This document shows positions 10,928 to 22,769 of a stretch of 64,000 nt of DNA, one piece after another. Location of the stretch: NCBI GenBank assembly GCA_963823665.1, contig CAWGMQ010000006.1:1504001-1568000 (forward strand), read 5' to 3'. Within the stretch, counting starts at the first letter, position 1, and each line of letters begins with the position of its first letter. This DNA comes from an uncultured Planctomycetota bacterium. Its GTDB lineage: Bacteria; Planctomycetota; Planctomycetia; Isosphaerales; Isosphaeraceae. The translations under genes and the position numbers were made by a program. A model generated the notes under the pieces. It ran no database searches, had not been told where the DNA came from, and worked only from the letters and a program-made list of their open reading frames with translations.

Positions 10928-13187
10928 TCACGCCCGGAGATCCCGGTCCCGGCGCGCGGTCCAGCTCGCCCTGACTCGCACCGCGCAGGCCTTGTAAGCC
11001 GGCTGCCGTGACTCGGGGTCGAACACGGAATCGGTCAGACAGTTGGTCGAGCTGTCGTGCATGGGCAGGAAGAGCTGTCCCTGCGGTACGGTGGCCGTCA
11101 GGAGCGCCCGGACGCAGGCCCGCCCGCGGCGCGATTCGACCAAGACCCACTCTCCGCTGCGCGGCACGCCGAGCGCGGTCGCATCGGCCGGATGGATCTC
11201 GACGTGGGGCTCCTTGGGAGCAAGCTTCCGCAGCACGTCGGATTTGGCCGTGCGCGTCTGCGTGTGCCACTGCGCCGCACTGCCGCGACCGGTGAGAAGC
11301 TGAAACGGAAACTCGTCGTCCGGCGGCTCGGGGGTTGGTCGCGGCTCCTGGAAGAAGAACCGCGCCCGGCCGTCGGCGTGGTAGAAACGCCCGTCCTCGA
11401 AGAGCCGCCGCTCCGGTTCGCCTTCGGCAAGAGCCCCCGTGTACGGCCACTGGATCCCGCACGCTTCGTCGAGCATCCGGTAGTCCTCGATCCCGGTGAT
11501 GTCGCAGGGCATGCCGGCAGACAGCTCCTTGAGAATCTGGAAGACGGCCTCGGGCGATTCCCACCGCCTGAACATCTCGCCGCAGCCGTAGTAGTGGGCG
11601 ACGAGCTTGAAGATGTGGAAATCGGCCAGGGCCTGCCCCGGTGCCCGGCGCACTTTCTTGATCAGCCCGATTCGCCGTTCCGAATTGATGAACGTGCCAT
11701 CCTTCTCGCCCCAGGCGGCGGCCGGGAGCAGCAAGTCGGCGAGCGCGGCCGTCTCGGTCGAGTGGTACATGTCCTGCACCACCAGGAAATCGAGCCGGTC
11801 GAGCACTTCGCGCAGCCGTCCCTGGTCGATCCAGGAATGGGCCGGATTGGTCGCGATCACCCAGAGGCCGCGGATCTTGCCCGCGTCGAATTCCGTCCAG
11901 GATCTGGTCGTAAGCCCAGCCGGCCGTGGTGGGAATTTGCTTCGAGGGGATCTGCAGCACGCGAGCTACCTTGGCGCGGTGGTCTGGGCTCGAGAAGTCG
12001 TGCCCGCCCAGCAGGTTGGTCGTGTTCGAGAACAGCCGCGAGCCCATCGCGTTGCACTGCCCGGTGATCGAGTTGGCCCCCGTGCCGCTACGGCCGATGT
12101 TGCCCGTCAGAAGCGCCAGGTTGATGATCGCCTGGGCTGTCTTCACGCCCTGGTGGCTCTGGTTGACGCCCATCGTCCACCAGAATGAGACGCGTGAGCT
12201 CTCGCCGATTCGCGCTGCGGCATCGCGAATCGAAGAGGCGCTCAATCCGGTCTCGGCCGCGGTCCGCTCCAGATCGAACCGGCGCACAAAGGCCGCGAAG
12301 TCGTCAAAGCCTTTCGTATGGGTCTCGATGAACGGCCGGTCGACGAAGCCTTGTTCGATCAGGAGATTTGCGAGTCCATAGAGCAGCGCGAGATCGGTCT
12401 TGGGCCGAACGCTCAGGTGCAGCGAAGCGGCCATCGCCGTCTCCGTTCGGCGGGGATCGACGACGATGATCTCGGGCGAGTGACGGTTGCGCATCACCCG
12501 CTCCCAGAGCATCGGATGGGCGATGCACATGTTCGACCCGACCAGCACGATGCAATCCGATTCTTCCAGGTCACGGTAGGTGTAGCCGGGCGCATCGAAC
12601 CCGAACGCCTGCTTGTAGGCGACGGCCGAGGTCGCCATGCACTGGCGCGTATTGCCGTCCCCGTGGACGATTCCCATGCCGAACTTGGTGACCGCACCGA
12701 GCAGGGCCATTTCCTCGGTGGCGATCTGGCCGGTGCTCAGGAAAGCGACGGAGTCGTCACCGTGCGCGGCCTGAATGGCACGGAAGCGGCCCGTCATTGC
12801 CTGCATGGCCGATTGCCAGTCGGTCGGGCGCCTTATTCCGTCTTCACCTTTGAGCAAAGGAACCGTTGCCCGATCGTCCGCGTCCAGGACGGTCAAGGCT
12901 TCCCATCCTTTGGAACAAGCCACGCCGAGATTCACCGGGTGCTCGGACATCGGGGTCAGGTTCATGGCCTCGCCGTCGCGAAGGTGAATCGTGAGACCGC
13001 AGCCGGTCGAGCAGAAGCCGCAGACCACGCCCGTCGTCGCGTGCGGCGTCTTGTCGGCGGGAAGCTGTCCCAGGCCGAAGCGTCCCGGAGCGCGCCGCAG
13101 CTCGCGCGTCAACCGGCCGTCGCGGGCGCGGACCAGCGAGAAGGTGCGGTGCAACAGCGACAGACTGTTTTCTTCACCGGCCTTCAC
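10928..13187 (-). CDS. Mo-bisPGD nitrate reductase catalytic subunit (NasA-like), frameshift near 11885
   Basis: CGFCSTGC...CSKG Fe-S motif, NTRQCMA Mo-ligand Cys, [44 protein letters not shown] overlap with the upstream gene. Confidence 0.88.
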
Positions 13188-14896
13188 GGCATCCAGGCTC
13201 CGGGCATCTTGGGCCGGACGACAGCCGCGAAGAACAGGTACCGCTCGGCCATCTCTCCGGCGATCGAGACCGCCAGCGCCAGCACAGCCGCAGCCGCTCC
13301 TGCCGCCGCGCTCGCCGTCGCCATGGCGGCGACGGCGAGCAACGGCAGAACGACGCCTCCCACGACCCCCAGGAAGCGCCGCTTGGCGGCAGGACGCGCG
13401 AGCGCCCCGCCCAGGAGCCGAGCGGTGCCCCGCAAAGGCGCCAGCTCGGAAGTCGCGAAACCGCGGCAAAGCCTGTGCTCGAGCCAGAGCTTGCCGCATG
13501 AGGCGCCGATGAGCCCGATGGCGGCTGCCTCTACCAGCCAATCGGTGCTCGGCGTGCTCGGATGAAACAGGCGGGCAATTGCTCCCGCAGCCAGGGCGAT
13601 GGCGAGCCCGAGCACGAGCGACGTGCCCCCGAACTTGACGCCGCTCAGCGGCGCTCGCCAGAACGGACGCTGCACCACGTGGTAGATCAGAACCGAGCAC
13701 GCCACGCCCGAGACGCCGGTTGAGACAATCATCGCCACCATCGCGGCTCGCAGCCCCGGTGCGTTTGCGACTGGCGCCGGAGCGAGAAACACGAGCAAGA
13801 CGTGAATCGTGGCCAGCGCGGCGAACAGTCCGAATGCCAGCACCTCGCGACTGAGCCAGGAATGCCTGAGCCCGATCAGGGCGCGATATGCGTACTGCGG
13901 CCGGCCCAGGTGCGACACGCTTGCCGCCAGCCCCGCCCAGGCGAAGGCCAGACAGAGAGCGCTCTGCAAGTTGAGTGAGAATGAACCGGCTCGACCCATA
14001 AACAGCCCGGGCAGCTCCAGCGCAAATCCGCCCACGGAGAGCTGAGTGAGCACCAGCATGATGACGAGCGGCCAGTGGGCGTGATCCGGCTCGACGGGGT
14101 GGTCGTCCTGCGACGGCAAGCCGCCGGGCCGGCTCAGGTGCGTCGTGTGGTAGTGTGTCGCTGGAAGGGTATATCGAGGGTCTGGCGATTCGGGCAGGAA
14201 GCCGCCGGTCTCCGCCCGCCCGATGACTTCCGCGATGTCAACCACCCGGATTCGAATCGCCTCGTGCGGACAAGCCTGCACACAAGCGGGCGCCTCGCCG
14301 ACGGCAAGCCGCTCCGAACACATGTCGCACTTGCGGACGATGCCTTTGCCCGCGTGAAACTTCGGGGCGTCGTACGGGCACGCCATCGTGCAATAGCGGC
14401 AGCCGAAGCACTGATCGTCCAGATGCCGGACAATTCCGGTGTGCGGGTCTTTCTCGAAGGCATCGACCGGGCATGCGTGCAGACAGGCCGGTTCGACACA
14501 GTGGTGGCACGCGGAGGTGACGTGCTGGAGCACCGGCAAGGCCGGCATGCCGCCGATCAACAGGCCGACGTCACGCCAGGACTCCCCTTCGTCGAGCCCG
14601 TTCAACGTGTGGCAGGCCGCGACGCACGCCTTGCAACCCGAGCAACGATCCAGATCGACGTCGAATGCGAGCTGCTGTCCCGGCCCTGGCGCATCCACCG
14701 GCATGAGGGCCGAGTAGTATCGGCCCTGGAGCGGCTCCTTGACATCCGCGTGAAACTGCGCGAATCGTTCCACGGCAGTCAGGTCATGTTGCTCGCGGAG
14801 CAAATGACTGATCAAGCCCACATGCGGCTCGTACGACCAGACGGCGCCTTCCGGCGCGACCAGGGTTGCGGAAACCGTCGATCCACCCAAGCTCAT
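13184..14896 (-). CDS. DmsB-type 4Fe-4S ferredoxin fused to a DmsC/YnfH-type membrane anchor
   Basis: [43 protein letters not shown]; then [34 protein letters not shown]. Confidence 0.88.
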   Translation of the reverse strand: MSLGGSTVSATLVAPEGAVWSYEPHVGLISHLLREQHDLTAVERFAQFHADVKEPLQGRYYSALMPVDAPGPGQQLAFDVDLDRCSGCKACVAACHTLNGLDEGESWRDVGLLIGGMPALPVLQHVTSACHHCVEPACLHACPVDAFEKDPHTGIVRHLDDQCFGCRYCTMACPYDAPKFHAGKGIVRKCDMCSERLAVGEAPACVQACPHEAIRIRVVDIAEVIGRAETGGFLPESPDPRYTLPATHYHTTHLSRPGGLPSQDDHPVEPDHAHWPLVIMLVLTQLSVGGFALELPGLFMGRAGSFSLNLQSALCLAFAWAGLAASVSHLGRPQYAYRALIGLRHSWLSREVLAFGLFAALATIHVLLVFLAPAPVANAPGLRAAMVAMIVSTGVSGVACSVLIYHVVQRPFWRAPLSGVKFGGTSLVLGLAIALAAGAIARLFHPSTPSTDWLVEAAAIGLIGASCGKLWLEHRLCRGFATSELAPLRGTARLLGGALARPAAKRRFLGVVGGVVLPLLAVAAMATASAAAGAAAAVLALAVSIAGEMAERYLFFAAVVRPKMPGAWMP

Positions 14897-15266
14897 GAGA
14901 ACACCACTCCGGTGCCTCGTCCGCGGTCCGGACGAGCGGGGTTCCGGCTTCAAAGGTTGAAACGCAACGAGCATAGAAAGGAGCCGGGGAGAGGTGCCGG
15001 CCCGCAGCAACCGGCATGCGGTCAAAAGCAGGCCACGTGCCGTGCCGGCCACGTTGGCCTCCGATTGGCCAGATCCCTTCGGCACTCCGAAGGACTCCGA
15101 AGGTCAATTTCGGTAACCCACCAGCGAACTGCGCAAAACCGAAGGGTTGATGGCCCAAAGGCGACGGATGTGCTGCCTAAGAACTGAGCGAACTTGCCGG
15201 GATAGGGTGCAGATCGCGCAGTTAAATGGGGCTGTTCGTCAGGGGCCGCTCAGTTGGGACGGGGAG

Positions 15267-15914
15267 TCAGCCGGCCGCGTCTCGCTGGCGTTCTTTCTGA
15301 TCGCCTGCGGGCGGTTCGTGGGCGAGTGTCAGGCGGAGGAGATCCGCGAGCGAGCGGACGCCGAGCTTGCGCATGAGGCCGGAACGCCTGAGCTCGACGG
15401 CCCGGAGAGTGATGTCCAGGCGAGCGGCGATCTCCTTGTTTGGCAATCCCTGCTTGACCAGCTCAATGACTTCGCGTTCCTTCGAGGTGAGGTTGCGGAA
15501 TTTCGCCTGAACCAGCTCGCTCTTGGCGAGGCGGCTGTGGCGCTCGGCATCGTCCTTGATCGCTCGCTGCACCTTGTCGAGGAGGGTCTGACGGTTGAAG
15601 GGTTTTTCGACGAATTCCACCGCCCCGGACTTGATTGCGCGGACGGCCATCGGGACGTCGGCGTAAGCCGTGATGAAGATCACCGGCATTCCGGCTCCAC
15701 GTGCGACCAGCTCCTCGAAGAGGTCGAGGCCGCTGGTGCCCGGCATTCTCACGTCGAGCAGCACGCACCCGGGTCCATTCGGCGAGAAATCGCGGAGAAA
15801 GGCGGCGGCGGAGGCAAAAGTCTTGGTTCGGAGGCCGACCGTTTTCATCAGCCAGGCCAGCGAATCCCGCATGTCGGAGTCATCATCCACGATGTAGACC
15901 AGGGCATCCGTCAT
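15267..15914 (-). CDS. FixJ/LuxR-family response regulator
   Basis: VYIVDDD, LLDVRMPG, FITAYAD, FVEKP, LPNKEIAARLDI HTH. Confidence 0.92.
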   Translation of the reverse strand: MTDALVYIVDDDSDMRDSLAWLMKTVGLRTKTFASAAAFLRDFSPNGPGCVLLDVRMPGTSGLDLFEELVARGAGMPVIFITAYADVPMAVRAIKSGAVEFVEKPFNRQTLLDKVQRAIKDDAERHSRLAKSELVQAKFRNLTSKEREVIELVKQGLPNKEIAARLDITLRAVELRRSGLMRKLGVRSLADLLRLTLAHEPPAGDQKERQRDAAG

Positions 15915-17369
15915 GATTCTTCACCGGCAGCCGGCAGCGTGAACTGGAAGGTGGTTGCGACCCCAGGCGAGGACGTCACGGCGATCCGTCCCTGATGCGC
16001 CTCGATGATCGTCCGGCTGATCGCCAGGCCCAGGCCCAAGCCGCCGGCACGCGTGCTGAAGTACGCGTCAAAAACCTTCGTCAGACGCTCCTGGTCGATG
16101 CCCTCTCCATTATCAGTCACCAAGAAATCCACTTCGCACGAATTGAGCTGCCTGGTTTGTATAAGTACCATTTGGTTCAAGGGTTTCGTCACGGCGAGGG
16201 CATCGAACGCGTTGCGCACGAGATTGACAAGGACCTGCTGAATCTGCACGGGATCACCGCAAAGCCAGGGCAAATCATGTGCCAGCTCCAAAATCATGCC
16301 CACTGCTCGCAGGTTTGCCTCGTCCCTGAGGAGTTCCTTGACCTCTTCGACGACACGATTTGGCTCGAACCGGTCGTGCCTGGGCTCGTGCCGCGTGACG
16401 AACCGGCGGATCCCGTCGATGATCTGGCCGGCTCGCAGGGTCGCGGCGACGAGCTTTTCGAGAGCGAGCTTGACTTCATCGATGGCCGGGTCTGGCGCCT
16501 CGAGCTCCTGGAGGCAGCCCTCGGCGTAGTTGGCGATTGCGCCGAGCGGTTGATTGAGCTCGTGGGCGAGGCCTGTGGCCATCTCACCGATCGTGGTTGT
16601 CCGCGCCACGTGGCTGAACCGCTCGACGAGCGTTTGATGCCGCTCGGTGGCGATTTCCAGCTCGCGGGTCCGCTCTCGCACCCGGTCTTCCAGCTCGTCG
16701 CGGCGGCGGTGGAGCTCATCGACCTGGCGGCGAATGAGCTCGAGCGCCGGCCGCACGATGAACAGGCCGATGGCCGCCAGCGCCAGCAAGATCAGGCCTG
16801 CGACCACCCAGCCGGTCCAGAACATACGGCCGACGCGGTCGCGCGCCTCGCGCTCGAGGAGCCCGACGATGGCGTCCATCCGCTCGAGGTATTCGGACTC
16901 GGCGGCGAGAATGGTCGCGAGGTCGTCGGCCACGGCGCGACCACCGCGCGGCGATTGCCGGGCTTCTTTGATGATCCGGTTTGCCGCGTCTCGCATTTGC
17001 ACGAAGGACGGCTCCAGTCCATCGAGGGCCGACTGCACGGCCTTGCCATTGGCGGCCGGCAGCGACATCTCGCGATTTCCGTGGCGCAGGGCGTCGTGTG
17101 ACGTGGACCAGAGCGAGACGACCTGGTCGAGCTCGCGAAGGTGGCGCGGCCGGGTCTGGTCGTCGGCCCGCTCGACGGCGAGGGCGGCCTTGGCCAGTCG
17201 CTGGCTGAGCATCCGCTGCCGGCCGGCGATGTTGACGACGCGCGGATCGGTCGTCAATTGCAAGAGCGCCGGCTGCACCAAGAGCTGGTTTAGCAGGACG
17301 AGGAAGGCGATCAGTACGAGCGCCTGCGCGGTAGCGTCGCTTCAGTGAGAATCCGGGATCTACGTTCAT
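15911..17369 (-). CDS. Sensor histidine kinase with NarX/PilJ-like nitrate-sensing domain; frameshift near 17330
   Basis: P-box-like VNIAGRQRMLSQR, second TM, LAHELNQPL, QVLVNLVRNA, DNGEG, GLGLGLAI. Confidence 0.88.
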
Positions 17370-17589
17370 AAGAGGGTCTACGCGAGCTCCGTGTTGATCC
17401 AACACGCCTTCGCCGTGGTAGACGGCAGGGTCGTGACGCTCATCCCAATCGTACGGGATTCCGGCGCCCGCGATCGAGCGAGGAGGGTATCCAACGCCGC
17501 GGTGACTGGCGGTAGAGCAGTGACATTCCCTCTTTCAGTGACTGTCGATTTCCGACCTGCGTTTAAACTATCATTTCACAGGACGCGGC

Positions 17590-20500
17590 TTACGACCGGC
17601 GCCGGACTTTGGGCAGCGCGAGCTTGAAGATATCGACATAGTTCCCCGAGACGCCGCCGTCGGGATTGCTGTCGAGCAGGTTGCCGTCGAGGTCTTCGAT
17701 CCCACTGGCGGAGGTGCCGTTGACGGTGAGGCGGTACTTGACGCCGACACTGAGCTTCTTGCGGGGCAGGAGCGTCACCGTGTGCGTTATCGGGTTATAA
17801 GACGCCGATCGCAGGGCGACTTTCTTGTCGTCCTTGGTGCCAAACCGCTTGTCGGGACCGGCCGTGACCAGGAGGTAATTGGCGAGGTTCACCGCACTGG
17901 CGAGGTCCAGGGCCTCGGAGAAGGTCAGTACCAGGGGCGTCGTCTTGGCCTTGGGATTCGGCAGCAGCACGTTCGAGATCGTGGGCCCCGTCCGATCGAC
18001 AACCACGGCCCCGACCTGGACGCCGTCGGAGAACTCCGACGTGGAGATGGGGATCGCCTCCCCGCCGGGCCCCTCAACTAGCTGGGTGGCGGTCGTGAGG
18101 ACGTACTGACCGAGCGGCACGGCGATCGGCGACTGGAACGTGAACGAGGCGTTGCCGGCCGCGTCGGTGAGCACGTTGACGAAGCCGAGGAATTGCTCGC
18201 CCCCGCGGAGGATGCTTGGGCTGATGGAGCTGGAATAGAACTCGATCCGGAAGTAGGTGTTCGTGAGCGAGTTGAGGCTGCCGGAGACCGTCGTGCCGGA
18301 CGCGTCCGCGCCCGCCGACGCCAGCACGGGGTAATTCTCGAAGCCGTCGGAGGCGTTGTCGGGGGAGGCGTTGTTCGGCCGGACCCCTTCCGCACCGAGG
18401 TCGATCTCCGTCACCGTGCCGCTGGTCGCGAAAGCGCCCACGCCTTCGACCGCCCCGGTGGCCAGACGAGATAAGAAAGTTATCAATTTAAGCTTACTGA
18501 AATAAACGTTTTCTTTTTCATACACCTTCTCGATATTTATGAGCGCACGGTCGAGGAAATATGGTGCCTGTGGTGAGACTCTGATACCGAGCACAATTCG
18601 ATCTACAACAGATTGTCCTGCCTTCGAAAGCTGCGATGCGTCTTGACCGGGCAAGATCGCGTTGCTCTGTAGCCCGTCCGTCGTGCCGCCGGGCACATCG
18701 AAGAGGATTGCGCTCCCGACATTCGGGAGCGCGGCCGAGAGCAGCCGGTCGGCGCCCAGGACGTCACCTGCGATGTGGGTGCCCGTCGACCCGACGACGT
18801 AGATCCCATTGGCCCCGTTGCCCGAGATCAGGTTCCCTGACCCGGCGTCCTCGCCGCCGATCGTGTCGAGCGTATCATTGTTGATCAGCACGCCGTTCCC
18901 CGCGTTGCCGAGGGCGAGGAGGCCCGAGACGTCCGTGCCGATGAAGTTCCCCGCGATCACGACCCCGCCGTTCAGTGTGTTGACGTCAATCCCATCGCCA
19001 CCGAAGCGGTTGATCGCCAGGCCATCGATCCGGCTGTTGCTGGCGTCGTGCGAGCTGTCGAGGATCCCCACGTTCAGCCCGACGCCCGGCGCGCTCGTGC
19101 CGTCGAGCTCGATCTTCAAGACGGTGTTCAAAGCCCCGAGCGCCGGCAGGGTGTTCTCGAGGCTGCCGGGCTGGGAGTAGCCGTCGATGGTGACTGTGTT
19201 CTCAATCTGCGGCAAGTCGCTGCTGGGCAGGATCGAGAACCAACTGTACGGCCAGTCGGGGTCGATGCCGGCGATGTTCGCGTCGCTGGTCGCGGTCGTG
19301 ACGGCGATGTCCGCCTGGGACACCTGGCCCGCGACGCCGTCGTTGCGGTAGTAGAAGTGACGCGGGTCGGTGGCGGGGATGTCGAAGGTGATCGTGTGCG
19401 CGCCGGGCGTGAGGTTGGCGTTGTAGATCGCCTCGCGCAGGGTCCCCAAGCCGGTGTCGCCGGTGTTGGTGACGACGAAGCTAGGCCCGCCCAGGGCGGC
19501 GATGGGGGAGAACCCGGAGGTGCTGTTGAGCGGCCCAGAGCCGGTGTCGGTGATGTCGGTCGCGGTGGCGTCCACGAACGGCTGGCCGGCAGGCAGGGCG
19601 GGGAGGTCGGCCGTGAAGCTCGCGTGGCCATTGGCGTCGGTCGTCACGTTGAGCGAGCCGAGGAACGTCTGGCCTCCGCCGAACTCGCCCGGCGGTGCCC
19701 CGGCGAACGAACTCTCGTTGCGTTCGGAGTTGGCGAAGAACTCCAGGCGGAAGTTCGAGCTGGGCACGCTGTCGAGCACCCCCGTGACCTGCGTTCCGGG
19801 GCCGGAGGCGGCGACCGATCCCAGGATCGGGTAGTTCTGGATGCCGTCGGAGTCGGGCGGGGGGACGTTGAGTCCGCCCAGGGCGAGGTCGGGACCGTCG
19901 TTCGAGAAGATCGCGTTCTGGCTGATGAGGTTGCCGCCGGTGGCGATTACGCCCGCGGAGTTGAACGCGGGCGTGTCAATAGTGCCGTTGAACGCGATCG
20001 TGTTATTAGTGATGAAGTTGCCGCCGGCAAGGGCGTCCAAGCCGAAGTCGGCGTTGAACTCGATCAAGTTCTGCGTGAGCGTGACGTTCCCCGAGATATC
20101 CACGCCACTGCCGTTTCCGATGGCCAGCGTGCCGGTCACGTCCGTGCCGATGAAGTTGCCCTGGACCATCGCGTTTTCGCTGACCACCCCCGTGCCCCCG
20201 TTCCCGGAGATCACGTTGCCCGCCCCAGCCTCGGAGCCGCCCACGATAAAGCTGCCCGCCTCGCCCCCGACGCCTCCGCTCTGGTTACCGAGGGCTCGCG
20301 TGCCGGTGCGGTCGGTGCCGATCAGGTTGCCCTTCACCTGGTTATTGGTCCCGGACTGGTTCGTTGCGGAGTAGATGATGCCCCATTCGTAATTGGCCGA
20401 GATCAGGTTGCGGGCGGCCGGCGTGGTCCCGCCGATGGTGTTGCCCAAGGACCCGATCTGGATGCCGGTGGAGCTGCTCACGGGGAAGGCCGCCGTGCCG

Positions 20501-22689
20501 GAGACGTCGGGGCCGAGAATGTTGCCCTCGACCCAATCGTTGCCGGTGACCAGATCGATCTCGGCCCCTTGCGTGCGGTTGATGACCAGGCCCTCCACCG
20601 TGCTGTCACCGCCCGTGATCTGGATCAGGCCGTTGCTGAGCTCGCCGGCATTCTCACCACTGATCTCGATCTTGAGGACCGAGTTCAGGCCCTGGCCGAC
20701 GGGGTTGGTGTTGGCGATCGAGCCTGGCTGGGAATAGCCGTCGATGACGATCGGGTTAGTGATGGCCGGCAAGGGCGACGTGAGCTGGATCGAATACCAA
20801 CTGTGGGGCCAGTCGGGGTCGATGTCGGCGATGGAGGCATCATCCGTGGCGGTGGTCGTGGCCACGTCGGCGAGCGTGACCTGGCCGGAAACGCCATCGT
20901 TGCGGTAGTAGTCGTGGTTCGGGTCGTTCGCGGGGATATTGAAGCTGATTGTATGGGTGCCGGGAGCGAAGTTCGCGGCCAGGATGGCCTCGCGAAGGCT
21001 GTTGCCGGCCTCGGTCGTGCTGGTGACGGTGAAGGCGGCGTCCGAGACGACGGGGCTGGCGAACTGCGAGGTCTGGTCACCGGCGAAGGTGGTGGCGGTC
21101 GCGGTCACGAAATCCTGACCGGCGGGGGGGGCGTTGACGTCGGCGGTGAAGGAGGTCGCGCCGGCGGCGGCAGTGTGGAGCGTGATCGCGCCGAGGAAGG
21201 TCCGGCCCTGTTCGGTCCCGTTGTCCGCGAGCTCGCTGTTCGAGAAGAGCTCGATGCGGTAATCGGAGCTCGCCTGAGCACCGCCCAGCGAGCCGGACAC
21301 CTGGATGCCCGAGCCGGTCACGGAGACCGAAGTGAGTGCCGGTGACGCCGCGCCAATGATCTCGATCCCTGAAGAGCTGTTCGAGAAGATGGAGTTACCC
21401 AGGGCGATTCCTCCGCTGCCGTACGCCACGCCGACGTCATTGAAGGCGATCGTATTGCCGGTCCCCGGCGTGGTTCCACCGACGACGTTCCCGTCGTCAG
21501 GCTCGCCGCCGCCGAAAGGGTCACCGAATTCGACGCCGTCGTCCGCGTTCCCGAGCGGGCTCACGCCGTCGCGGGCAACGCCAATCTTGTTGCCCTGCAA
21601 GGCGTTGTCCACGGCGCGATCACCGAAGTCGATCCCGGCGAGGCTGTTGCCGGAGATGACGTTGGCCGAGCCCGGCACGGTGCCGCCGATCGTGTTGTTC
21701 GGGGCGAGGACGTAGACGCCGAAGCGGAGGTTCGCCAAAGCGGAGGTGCCGGCGGCGTTCGTGCCGATCAAGTTGCCCTGGACGATGCTTGCCGACGCCG
21801 CGGTGGAGTAGATCACGAGGCCATCGTAGGTGCTGCCCGAGAGCACATTGCCCGCGCCGGCCGCCGTGCCGCCGATCGTATTGTTCGGGGCGTTGTCGAG
21901 CGTGATGCCGCCGCCGTTCGCCAAGGCGGCGGCGCCGGCGGCGTTGGTGCCGATCAGGTTGCCTTGCACGACGTTGGCCGAGCCGCCGTCGATGAGCACC
22001 CCCGAGCCGGCGGCGTTCCCGGACGCAAGGTTTCGGTCCGCGTCGACCGTGCCGCCGATCGTGTTGTTCAGGCCGAGGACGTCGATCCCCTGCCCATCGC
22101 CCAGGGCCGACGTTCCGGTGGGGTCGGTCCCGACGAAGTTGCCCGCGACCGTGTTGTTGTTCGAGGTGACGAAAATGCCATCGCCGCTGAACTGATTAAT
22201 CGCCAACCCGTCGATCTTGCTGCCGGCCGAGCCCGCGCCCAGGTTCAGCCCCGCCGCCCCTGTGCCGGCACCGGTGCCCACGAGCTCGATCAAAAGCGTG
22301 GCGTTCAATCCCTGGCCGAACGGGCTGGTGTTGGGGGCGGAGCCCGGCTGGGTGTAGCCATCGATCGTCAGCGGGTCGGTGATCACCGGCAGTGGGGAGG
22401 TCGGCGCGATCGTATGCACGCCCGGGCCCGGAATGTCAAACGCGATGGTGTCATCAGTTCCATAGGCGCCGACGGCGACGACATCGCTGATGTTCTTGTG
22501 GCTGTTTTCCGCGGTGATCGCCTCGCGCAGCGTGACTACACCGTCTGTTGCACTGATCGCGTCTCCGGTGCTGGTCACGGTGATGAGGGCCATCAGCAGA
22601 CGATCCTCCATCGACTCCACCCGGGGACGGTAGGAGGACTCGCGGCGGGCGGCGGAACTCTTGTGGCGACGGCGCGGAAGGCGAAGCAT
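17590..22689 (-). CDS. Large surface protein (1699 aa) with parallel beta-helix and LREAI-type repeats
   Basis: RRR..VESMEDRLLM leader; three (T/S)LREAI modules; GN.IGT and NTIGGT repeats; basic C-terminal domain. Confidence 0.85.
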   Translation of the reverse strand: MLRLPRRRHKSSAARRESSYRPRVESMEDRLLMALITVTSTGDAISATDGVVTLREAITAENSHKNISDVVAVGAYGTDDTIAFDIPGPGVHTIAPTSPLPVITDPLTIDGYTQPGSAPNTSPFGQGLNATLLIELVGTGAGTGAAGLNLGAGSAGSKIDGLAINQFSGDGIFVTSNNNTVAGNFVGTDPTGTSALGDGQGIDVLGLNNTIGGTVDADRNLASGNAAGSGVLIDGGSANVVQGNLIGTNAAGAAALANGGGITLDNAPNNTIGGTAAGAGNVLSGSTYDGLVIYSTAASASIVQGNLIGTNAAGTSALANLRFGVYVLAPNNTIGGTVPGSANVISGNSLAGIDFGDRAVDNALQGNKIGVARDGVSPLGNADDGVEFGDPFGGGEPDDGNVVGGTTPGTGNTIAFNDVGVAYGSGGIALGNSIFSNSSSGIEIIGAASPALTSVSVTGSGIQVSGSLGGAQASSDYRIELFSNSELADNGTEQGRTFLGAITLHTAAAGATSFTADVNAPPAGQDFVTATATTFAGDQTSQFASPVVSDAAFTVTSTTEAGNSLREAILAANFAPGTHTISFNIPANDPNHDYYRNDGVSGQVTLADVATTTATDDASIADIDPDWPHSWYSIQLTSPLPAITNPIVIDGYSQPGSIANTNPVGQGLNSVLKIEISGENAGELSNGLIQITGGDSTVEGLVINRTQGAEIDLVTGNDWVEGNILGPDVSGTAAFPVSSSTGIQIGSLGNTIGGTTPAARNLISANYEWGIIYSATNQSGTNNQVKGNLIGTDRTGTRALGNQSGGVGGEAGSFIVGGSEAGAGNVISGNGGTGVVSENAMVQGNFIGTDVTGTLAIGNGSGVDISGNVTLTQNLIEFNADFGLDALAGGNFITNNTIAFNGTIDTPAFNSAGVIATGGNLISQNAIFSNDGPDLALGGLNVPPPDSDGIQNYPILGSVAASGPGTQVTGVLDSVPSSNFRLEFFANSERNESSFAGAPPGEFGGGQTFLGSLNVTTDANGHASFTADLPALPAGQPFVDATATDITDTGSGPLNSTSGFSPIAALGGPSFVVTNTGDTGLGTLREAIYNANLTPGAHTITFDIPATDPRHFYYRNDGVAGQVSQADIAVTTATSDANIAGIDPDWPYSWFSILPSSDLPQIENTVTIDGYSQPGSLENTLPALGALNTVLKIELDGTSAPGVGLNVGILDSSHDASNSRIDGLAINRFGGDGIDVNTLNGGVVIAGNFIGTDVSGLLALGNAGNGVLINNDTLDTIGGEDAGSGNLISGNGANGIYVVGSTGTHIAGDVLGADRLLSAALPNVGSAILFDVPGGTTDGLQSNAILPGQDASQLSKAGQSVVDRIVLGIRVSPQAPYFLDRALINIEKVYEKENVYFSKLKLITFLSRLATGAVEGVGAFATSGTVTEIDLGAEGVRPNNASPDNASDGFENYPVLASAGADASGTTVSGSLNSLTNTYFRIEFYSSSISPSILRGGEQFLGFVNVLTDAAGNASFTFQSPIAVPLGQYVLTTATQLVEGPGGEAIPISTSEFSDGVQVGAVVVDRTGPTISNVLLPNPKAKTTPLVLTFSEALDLASAVNLANYLLVTAGPDKRFGTKDDKKVALRSASYNPITHTVTLLPRKKLSVGVKYRLTVNGTSASGIEDLDGNLLDSNPDGGVSGNYVDIFKLALPKVRRRS

Positions 22690-22769
22690 GAGTATTTCCT
22701 CTTGGTGAGAGAAGACAACGACAGCGTCTTGTAAGGCGGTGGATTTAACGCGATTGCAGGAAGACTTTC

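Noticed and set aside
18468..18620. Diversity-generating retroelement variable region
   Set aside because: No template repeat or reverse transcriptase in the window.
19048..21345. 765-aa plus-strand ORF and other long antisense ORFs (e.g. 23631-25433, 12318-13565)
   Set aside because: They are shadow frames of real genes in high-GC DNA and have no recognisable motifs.
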